From assembly GCA_040389905.1 (NCBI GenBank), contig JAZJZK010000027.1, forward strand, positions 49,800 to 113,799: DNA of 64,000 nucleotides, read 5' to 3'. Position numbers and translations under genes: made by a program. The notes under the pieces were generated by a model. That model was not told the origin of the DNA. It worked only from the letters and a program-made list of their open reading frames with translations, and did no database searches. Origin of the DNA: Gemmatimonadota bacterium. Its GTDB lineage: Bacteria > Gemmatimonadota > Gemmatimonadetes > Gemmatimonadales > Gemmatimonadaceae. Positions 57,351 to 64,000 of this stretch are shown here, one piece after another. How positions within the stretch are numbered: position 1 is the stretch's first letter; every line of letters begins with the position of its first letter.

Positions 57351-58711
57351 TCGTCTGCAAGTTCGGCGGCACCTCCGTCGGCGACGCGACGGCAATTGCG
57401 CGGACGGCGTCGATCATCGCAGGCCGGCAGCATCGGCATCCCATCGTCGTTGTAAGCGCTCTCGGTGGAGCGACCAACCAGTTGTTGCAGATTGCGGAGC
57501 AGGCGGCGAAAGGACAGTTGATCGGCGCGCTGCGAGCTGTCGAAGGGTTGCGAGACCGACACCTCAAGCAGACGGAACTTCTGCTCGATGGAGACGCCGG
57601 CGCGATCGAGGACATTTCCGGTGAGCTCTCCGCCATGTTCGACGAGCTCGCTGCCCTTGCCGAGGCGTTGAAGACACTCGGTGACCTGACGCCGCGATCG
57701 CTCGATGCGATCGCTTCACTGGGTGAACAACTCTCGTCCGTGCTCGTCGTCGCCGCATTCAAGCACAGGGGACTGCCCGCAGTGCACGTGGACGCGCGAG
57801 ATGTGATGATCACCGACGCGCAATTCACGCGCGCCGAACCGCAGCTCGAGGCGATTGCGGAAGCGACGCAGCGCGTGCTGATGCCCCTCATTCGTGCTGG
57901 CAAGATTCCCGTGATGGGGGGCTTCATCGGCTGCGCGCAGGGAACGCACGTCACGACGACGCTCGGCCGCGGTGGCTCCGATTACAGTGCGTCGCTCGTC
58001 GGCGCGGCGCTCCAGGCCGAGGGCATCGAGATCTGGACCGACGTTGACGGCATGCTCACGGCGGATCCGCGTGTGGTGCAGGGCGCACAATTGATCGAGC
58101 GGATTGGCTTTGACGAAGCCAGTGAGCTTGCATCGTTCGGCGCGAAGGTACTGCATCCGAACACCATCGCACCCGCCGTCACGCGCGGTATTCCCGTGTG
58201 GGTCCTCAATTCCGCTCGGCCCGACGGCAGTGGAACGCGGATCGCGTTCGATTCACCACGCCGAGCCGTGAGCGCCATCGCGGGCAAGAGCGGTGTGACG
58301 CTGATCAAGCTCCGCAGCCCGCGCATGCTGCTGACCGAGGGATTTCTTCGCACGATGTTCGAGGTGTTCGAACGTCATCGCACGTCGGTGGACGTCGTGG
58401 CGACGTCCGAGGTGAGTGTGTCGGTCACCATCGACGACGCATCGCGCCTGGAAGCGCTCGTCGTCGATCTCCGTGCCCTCGGCGACGTTACGATGGAACG
58501 CAATCGCGGCATCGTTGCGATCGTCGGCAATGGCCTGAGCGACGGAGGCTCGGCAATGTCACGTGCACTGTCGGCGATCGGCGATATCCGCGTGCATATG
58601 CTGTCGCTGAGCTCGAGCGGCATCAACCTCACCGTCGTCGTGGACGGCGAGCAGGTGAACCCGGCGATGCAACGGCTCCACACCGAATTCTTCGCCTCAG
58701 AGGCCGCATGA
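57347..58711 (+). CDS. lysC: Aspartokinase
   Basis: KFGGTSV, TTLGRGGSDYS, WTDVDG, GAKVLHP, two ACT domains. Confidence 0.95.
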   Translation: MIVCKFGGTSVGDATAIARTASIIAGRQHRHPIVVVSALGGATNQLLQIAEQAAKGQLIGALRAVEGLRDRHLKQTELLLDGDAGAIEDISGELSAMFDELAALAEALKTLGDLTPRSLDAIASLGEQLSSVLVVAAFKHRGLPAVHVDARDVMITDAQFTRAEPQLEAIAEATQRVLMPLIRAGKIPVMGGFIGCAQGTHVTTTLGRGGSDYSASLVGAALQAEGIEIWTDVDGMLTADPRVVQGAQLIERIGFDEASELASFGAKVLHPNTIAPAVTRGIPVWVLNSARPDGSGTRIAFDSPRRAVSAIAGKSGVTLIKLRSPRMLLTEGFLRTMFEVFERHRTSVDVVATSEVSVSVTIDDASRLEALVVDLRALGDVTMERNRGIVAIVGNGLSDGGSAMSRALSAIGDIRVHMLSLSSSGINLTVVVDGEQVNPAMQRLHTEFFASEAA

Positions 58712-59418
58712 GCGAGCTGCGTCTGGCGCTCATCGGCATGGGCAAGATGGGCCGAGCGCTGGAGGCGTTGGCGCCCGAGCGAGGCTTCGTGGTGGCGGCG
58801 CGCATCGATCCCACGCGCGAAGGCGAAGCAACGGTGAATCGAGACACACTCGGCGGCGCAGATGTCGCCATCGAGTTCACGGTGCCACACGCGGCGCCGG
58901 ACAACATTCGCGCCTGTCTCGCCGCGAACTGTCCCGTCGTCGTCGGCACCACCGGGTGGTACGATCAGCTGGAGGCAGTGAAGGCCCAAGTGGCGCGAGA
59001 CGGCGGCGCCATGCTCGCTGCGCCCAATTTCTCCGTCGGCGTCGCGGTCTTCGACAAGCTCGTCGCCGAGGCGGCGAGACTCTTTGCGAGTCTGCCGGGC
59101 TTCGAGGGCCACATGATCGAAACGCATCACAGCGCGAAGAAGGACGCGCCTTCGGGCACGGCGGCTTCGCTCGCTCGAACGGCTGAGGCGCAACTCGGGT
59201 CGGCACTGCCGATCACCAGCGTGCGTGTCGGATCGGTGCCGGGGACGCACGAGCTGGTCTTCGATGGTGCGTTCGAGCAGGTGCGGCTCGTGCATGAAGC
59301 GCGCGATCGGAGGGTCTTCGCTGAAGGCGCGCTGGTTGCAGCACGCTGGCTGGTAGGGAGAACCGGAGTATTCGAGATGAAGGACGTGCTCTCCGAGACA
59401 ACGACCGAGGCGATATGA
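58708..59418 (+). CDS. dapB: 4-hydroxy-tetrahydrodipicolinate reductase
   Basis: GMGKMG, VVGTTG, ETHHSAKKDAPSGTA. Confidence 0.95.
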   Translation: MSELRLALIGMGKMGRALEALAPERGFVVAARIDPTREGEATVNRDTLGGADVAIEFTVPHAAPDNIRACLAANCPVVVGTTGWYDQLEAVKAQVARDGGAMLAAPNFSVGVAVFDKLVAEAARLFASLPGFEGHMIETHHSAKKDAPSGTAASLARTAEAQLGSALPITSVRVGSVPGTHELVFDGAFEQVRLVHEARDRRVFAEGALVAARWLVGRTGVFEMKDVLSETTTEAI

Positions 59419-60305
59419 GCGGATCCAGGTTGGTCGGCTGCGGGACAGCACTCGCCACGCCATTCACCGCAGGCGGTGCCATCGACGAACGGTCGTTGCG
59501 TGGATTCGTGGACTGGCAGATCGACGAGGGTATCGATTTTCTCGTGCCCTGCGGCTCCACCGGCGAGGCAGCGACGATGACGCCGGCAGAGCATCGTCGC
59601 GTCGTCGAGATCACGGTGGGCCAGGTGCGCGGACGCGTTCCTGTCGTCGCCGGCGCGGGCTCCAATGACACCGCCAAGGCCATCGAGACGTCACGCCAGA
59701 TGCGCGAGGTCGGCGCGACACACCTGCTCCATGTGTCGCCGATGTACAACAAGCCTCCGCAGCGCGGCATCCTTCAGCACTTCATCACGATCGCGGATGC
59801 GGTGGATCTCCCGATTGTCGTGTACAACGTGCCTGGACGCACGGGCAGCAACATCGAGACATCGACGACGATCGCCCTGGCGGAGCATCCACGGATCGTG
59901 AGCATCAAGGAAGCGTCCGGCAATCTCTCGCAGATTACCGACTGCATTCGCGCAAAGCCGGAAGGCTTTACCGTCCTCTCCGGTGACGACGAGCTCACGC
60001 TGCCTATTCTTTCTCTCGGCGGCGATGGTCTCGTCTCCGTCGTTTCCAACGTGGTTCCGAAGCTGATGACACAGCTGGTGAAGCGCGGCCGCGACGGACA
60101 ATTCGCGGAAGCGCAAGAGTTGCACATGCGGCTCATCCCGTGGATGCGGGCAGCGTTCGTCGAGTCGAACCCGCTTCCCGTGAAGGCCGCACTGTGGATG
60201 ATGGGAAAATTCGAAAACGTACTTCGGTCTCCCCTGGTGCCAATGGCCGACAACAAGGTTCCGCAGGTCCGTGATGCGTTGCGCGCCGCGGGAGCGTTGC
60301 TATGA
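59415..60305 (+). CDS. dapA: 4-hydroxy-tetrahydrodipicolinate synthase
   Basis: GSTGE, YNVPGRT, IKEASG, ESNP.PVK. Confidence 0.95.
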   Translation: MSGSRLVGCGTALATPFTAGGAIDERSLRGFVDWQIDEGIDFLVPCGSTGEAATMTPAEHRRVVEITVGQVRGRVPVVAGAGSNDTAKAIETSRQMREVGATHLLHVSPMYNKPPQRGILQHFITIADAVDLPIVVYNVPGRTGSNIETSTTIALAEHPRIVSIKEASGNLSQITDCIRAKPEGFTVLSGDDELTLPILSLGGDGLVSVVSNVVPKLMTQLVKRGRDGQFAEAQELHMRLIPWMRAAFVESNPLPVKAALWMMGKFENVLRSPLVPMADNKVPQVRDALRAAGALL

Positions 60306-61183
60306 CGTCCCACACGCATAACGCGCTGGACGACGAGTTCATCGAACAACTGCTTGGCTTTGCGGACACCCCGGCGGGAGAGGCCCTTCCTTCCGAAGCC
60401 GAGCACGCCGTGGACGCGCTGCTGGGCGCACTCGAGCGCGGGGCGATTCGTGCCGCCGAGCGCGACGCGAATGGGAACTGGAGCGCGGTCACGTGGGTGA
60501 AGCGTGGAATTCTTCTTGGCTTCCGCGTCGGGTACATCGCGGACATGTCGCTGGGGGGACATCACGGTGAGCCGCGCCTGTCCTTCTTCGACAAGCACAC
60601 CTATCCGCCGCAGCGGATGTCGACGGAGAATCGGGTGCGCATCGTGCCCGGTGGCTCGTCGGTCAGGCGCGGCGCCTACCTCGCGCCCGGCGTCGTGTGC
60701 ATGCCGCCGATGTATGTAAACGTCGGAGCATGGGTGGGCGCGGGCACGATGGTGGACTCGCACGCGCTCGTCGGCTCCTGTGCGCAGATCGGTGAGCGCG
60801 TGCACCTGAGCGCCGCGGCGCAGATCGGTGGCGTGCTCGAGCCGGTGAATGCATCGCCCGTGGTGATTGAGGACGACGTGCTCGTGGGCGGCAACTGCGG
60901 CGTCTACGAAGGAACGATCGTGCGCACGAAGGCGGTGCTCGCATCAGGTGTGATTCTCACGCGTGGAACGCCGGTCTATGATCTCGTAAATGAAAAGGTG
61001 TACCGCGGTTCAGCCGATGCGCCCCTCGAAATTCCGGCGAATGCTGTGGTCGTGCCGGGCGCGCGGCGTGTTGCCGAGGGATGGGGCTCTGAGCAGGGAC
61101 TCTCGCTGCAGACGCCGGTGATCGTGAAGTACCGCGATGAAAAGACTGACCTTGCAACCGCACTCGAAGGGTGGCTCCGCTGA
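60302..61183 (+). CDS. dapD: Tetrahydrodipicolinate N-succinyltransferase
   Basis: WVKRGILLGFR, VGSCAQIG..VHLS, GGVLEP. Confidence 0.94.
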   Translation: MTSHTHNALDDEFIEQLLGFADTPAGEALPSEAEHAVDALLGALERGAIRAAERDANGNWSAVTWVKRGILLGFRVGYIADMSLGGHHGEPRLSFFDKHTYPPQRMSTENRVRIVPGGSSVRRGAYLAPGVVCMPPMYVNVGAWVGAGTMVDSHALVGSCAQIGERVHLSAAAQIGGVLEPVNASPVVIEDDVLVGGNCGVYEGTIVRTKAVLASGVILTRGTPVYDLVNEKVYRGSADAPLEIPANAVVVPGARRVAEGWGSEQGLSLQTPVIVKYRDEKTDLATALEGWLR

Positions 61184-62454
61184 CTCAATCCCGTTTTCGC
61201 GTCAGCGGCGAGCTGCGCGTTCCTGGCGACAAATCCATTTCCCACCGCGCACTCATCTTCGGTGCGCTGGCGCCCGGCGTGTCGCGCGTTCGGGACATCC
61301 TGCTCTCGGCGGACGTACAATCGACCGCGAGCGTGCTGCGCGCACTTGGCGTGGGCATACCTGAACTCAGCGAGGCGATCGCATTCGAGGGCGTTGGTCC
61401 GCGCGGCTTGAAGGAGCCCACGGTCGATCTCGACTGCGGCAACAGCGGCACCTCGGCGCGTCTGCTTGCCGGCGTTGTCGCCGGAGCAGGGATCACCGCA
61501 CGCTTTACCGGCGACGAGAGTCTCAGCAAGCGACCCATGCGGCGCGTGCAGCGGCCGCTCGAAGCGATGTCGGCGACAGTTGAGCCGAGTGCGACTGGTG
61601 GCCTGCCGATGACGGTACGCGGCGGACAGCTGGTGGGGATCGAATGGGACAACGCGAATGCGAGTGCGCAGGTGAAGAGTTGCATTCTGCTGGCGTCGCT
61701 CTGTGCCGGTGTCGAGTCCACCGTACGCGAGCCGACGCGGTCGCGAGACCACACCGAGCGCATGATGGCGGCGCATGGGGTCGAGGTATGGGTGAACGAG
61801 AGTGCGGTTTTGCTGTTTGGCGGCCAATCGCTCACACCGATCGATCTCCAGGTGCCGGGCGATCCGTCGTCCGCCGCGTTCTTCGCGGCGTTGGCGGCGC
61901 TCGCCCCGCACGGCGACATCCTGCTGCGCGACGTGTGCGTCAATGAGACGCGCACGGGTTTCCTCGCAGCACTCGCAGAAATGGGTGCCTCGATCGAACT
62001 CGAAGACAAGGCGCTGCGGAGTGGCGAGTGGGTGGCGAACGTGCGGGTGGCTGCCGGCGCTTCGCTCAAGGGCGTGACGATCGGCCGCGACGCAATTCCA
62101 ACGCTGATCGATGAGCTACCGCTGCTCGCGTGTCTTGCTGCGTACGCGGACGGGGAAACGCGCGTCACCGGTGCGGAAGAACTGCGCGTCAAGGAAAGCG
62201 ACCGCATCGCAGCAGTGGTGGGGAACCTCCGTGCGCTCGGCGCAGATGCCGAGGAACTGGCTGACGGTTTCGTCGTCACGGGAACGCGTCCGCGCCTTTG
62301 CGGCACGGTTACGACGTACGGCGACCATCGGATGGCCATGGCCTTCGGGGTCCTTGGAGCGCTTCCCGGCAACGAGATTGCCATCGACGACCGCGCGTGT
62401 GTTGCCGTGTCCTACCCGCGCTTCTGGGATCACCTGCAAATGGTGACGTCGTGA
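61171..62454 (+). CDS. aroA: EPSP synthase
   Basis: PGDKSISHR, CGNSGT, SAQVKS, RDHTE, KESDR, DHRMAM. Confidence 0.96.
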   Translation: MAPLTQSRFRVSGELRVPGDKSISHRALIFGALAPGVSRVRDILLSADVQSTASVLRALGVGIPELSEAIAFEGVGPRGLKEPTVDLDCGNSGTSARLLAGVVAGAGITARFTGDESLSKRPMRRVQRPLEAMSATVEPSATGGLPMTVRGGQLVGIEWDNANASAQVKSCILLASLCAGVESTVREPTRSRDHTERMMAAHGVEVWVNESAVLLFGGQSLTPIDLQVPGDPSSAAFFAALAALAPHGDILLRDVCVNETRTGFLAALAEMGASIELEDKALRSGEWVANVRVAAGASLKGVTIGRDAIPTLIDELPLLACLAAYADGETRVTGAEELRVKESDRIAAVVGNLRALGADAEELADGFVVTGTRPRLCGTVTTYGDHRMAMAFGVLGALPGNEIAIDDRACVAVSYPRFWDHLQMVTS

Positions 62455-63137
62455 ACGAGGCGATCCGCATGGTCATCGCGATCGATGGGCCGGCGGCGTC
62501 TGGAAAATCGTCAACAGCGCAGTGGGTGGCCGACAAGCTTCGCTACCTGCACGTGGATTCTGGTTCGCTTTATCGTGCTCTTACAGCTGCCGCGCTTCGG
62601 GGTGGTGTGTCGCCGGACGCGTGGACGGGCGCGTCCGTGGTTGCGGAGGGGCATCGTGTGTCGCTTCGTCCCGACGCGAGCACATTTGTGGCGCTCATCG
62701 ATGGCGTGCCGGCGGACGATGAGATTCGCGGAACAGACGTCACGGCGAACGTGTCGCTCGTCGCCAAGATGCCGGAGGTTCGCGCGTGGGTGAACGCGCA
62801 GGTGCGCACGGCCTCGGAGACGTACGACGTGGTCGTCGATGGTCGCGACATGGGTACGGCGGTGTTTCCGGATGCACCACTCAAGATTTTTCTCATCGCC
62901 GATCCCTGGGAGCGAGCTCGGCGGCGACTCCAGCAGCGTCTCAGCCGGCGCCCGACCGATGACGAAGTCGCCGAGGAGACAGATGCGCTGGTCCAGCGCG
63001 ATGCGAAGGACGCCACGCAGACCGTGCAGGCGAAGGACGCGATCCTTCTCGATACCACCTACCTGACGCAGGCTGAGCAGGTGGACCGGATCGTGGCGTT
63101 GGCGCACGCCGTAAGTCACCGTCCTCCCGTCACTTAA
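62451..63137 (+). CDS. cmk: Cytidylate kinase
   Basis: IAIDGPAASGKS, DSGSLYR, DGRDMGT. Confidence 0.94.
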   Translation: MNEAIRMVIAIDGPAASGKSSTAQWVADKLRYLHVDSGSLYRALTAAALRGGVSPDAWTGASVVAEGHRVSLRPDASTFVALIDGVPADDEIRGTDVTANVSLVAKMPEVRAWVNAQVRTASETYDVVVDGRDMGTAVFPDAPLKIFLIADPWERARRRLQQRLSRRPTDDEVAEETDALVQRDAKDATQTVQAKDAILLDTTYLTQAEQVDRIVALAHAVSHRPPVT

Positions 63138-63139
63138 AG

Positions 63140-63168
63140 TTGACGCTGGGGGCAAATCCCCCTATAAT
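63140..63168 (+). promoter_or_regulatory. sigma70 promoter of rpsA
   Basis: TTGACG-17nt-TATAAT. Confidence 0.85.
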
Positions 63169-63306
63169 TGAAGGCTCCCCTTTATCGCGCGGATTCCGCG
63201 TGTTTTGGGTTGCGAAACCCGCGTTCGCCACCGTGGCGTGCGTGAAACCACTCGGACTCGTTGCGGCGAGCCTAAACACACCGCGATTCAGGAGAATACC
63301 TTCAGG

Positions 63307-64000
63307 ATGACAGAACTCGATTTTCCGGATATCCCGTCGCTGACTGCGCGCGAAAAGCGCGACAAGCAGCGCGCTGTGCTCCGCCCGCTGGCCAATCTCC
63401 GCCCCGAACTCGTCGACGACGAAGGCTACTCGGCCGACGAGCTCGAGACGATGATGGAGATGTACAACGGGACGATGGCCTCGATCGACGAAGGCGAAAT
63501 CGTCAAGGCCCATGTGCTCGAAATCCGAGACAACATGGTGGTCCTCGACATCGGCTTCAAGTCGGAAGGCAGCGTTCCGCTCGAAGAATTCAAGGACTTC
63601 CCCGACCTCAAGATCGGCGATGAAGTCGAAGTGCTCCTCGAGCATCTCGAAGACCAGGAGGGCTCAGTCGTCCTCTCGAAGAAGAAGGCGGATTTCATGC
63701 GCGTGTGGGAGCGCATCCGTCTGGCCTACGAGAACGACCAGCCGGTGGAAGGCACGCTCGTCAAGAAGATCAAGGGTGGTGTGGTCGTCGACCTCATGGG
63801 CGTCGATGCATTCCTCCCCGGTTCGCAGATCGCGCTGCGGCGCGTTCCGAACATCGACGAGCTCCTCGGCCAGAAGTTCGAGTTCAAGATCATCAAGCTC
63901 AACAAGCGCCGCCGCAACATCGTCGTCTCTCGCCGCGTGATCCTCGAGAACGAGCGTGCCGGCAAGCGCGAGAAGCTCATGAAGGAGCTGGAGAAGGACC
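63307..64000 (+). CDS. rpsA: 30S ribosomal protein S1 (runs off window end)
   Basis: ATG 63307 after AGGAG; EGEIVK..DIGFKSEG, IKGGVVVD..AFLPGSQ S1 domains; missing from the ORF track because there is no stop. Confidence 0.95.
   Translation, partial: MTELDFPDIPSLTAREKRDKQRAVLRPLANLRPELVDDEGYSADELETMMEMYNGTMASIDEGEIVKAHVLEIRDNMVVLDIGFKSEGSVPLEEFKDFPDLKIGDEVEVLLEHLEDQEGSVVLSKKKADFMRVWERIRLAYENDQPVEGTLVKKIKGGVVVDLMGVDAFLPGSQIALRRVPNIDELLGQKFEFKIIKLNKRRRNIVVSRRVILENERAGKREKLMKELEKD

Overview
GC-rich bacterial chromosomal window. Gene order and protein style suggest Gemmatimonadota (inference, not verified). It is almost all + strand core genes: mlaF/mlaD, tRNA-Val, SLBB export protein, EamA, class-3 asparaginase, obgE-dprA, hemW-hrcA-dnaJ-prmA-rsmE-HIT, yqeY-mutS2-dnaG, recJ-rsmD-coaD-pta plus a STAS/anti-sigma/PP2C module, rsmA, rex/arcA (divergent, perfect Rex box), infC(ATT start)-rpmI-rplT-pheST-zapB/A-(6S RNA)-rny-folD-xseAB-ispA-dxs-nadK-recN, tRNA-Gly/Leu, a DAP operon, aroA-cmk and partial rpsA. 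No integrase, transposase or CRISPR array was seen. The unexplained signal is in two places. First, intergenic spaces hold several distinct families of dispersed palindromic elements, some built from 7-, 9- or 12-nt periodic units; the clearest is a 12-nt-period CGTGAA/TTCACG element present in two near-identical copies. Second, a 2.3-kb islet behind tRNA-Leu has an XRE regulator, a divergent small Cys/His protein, a candidate three-way-junction RNA and a DUF1906-like hydrolase. All calls are by eye; no database search was run.
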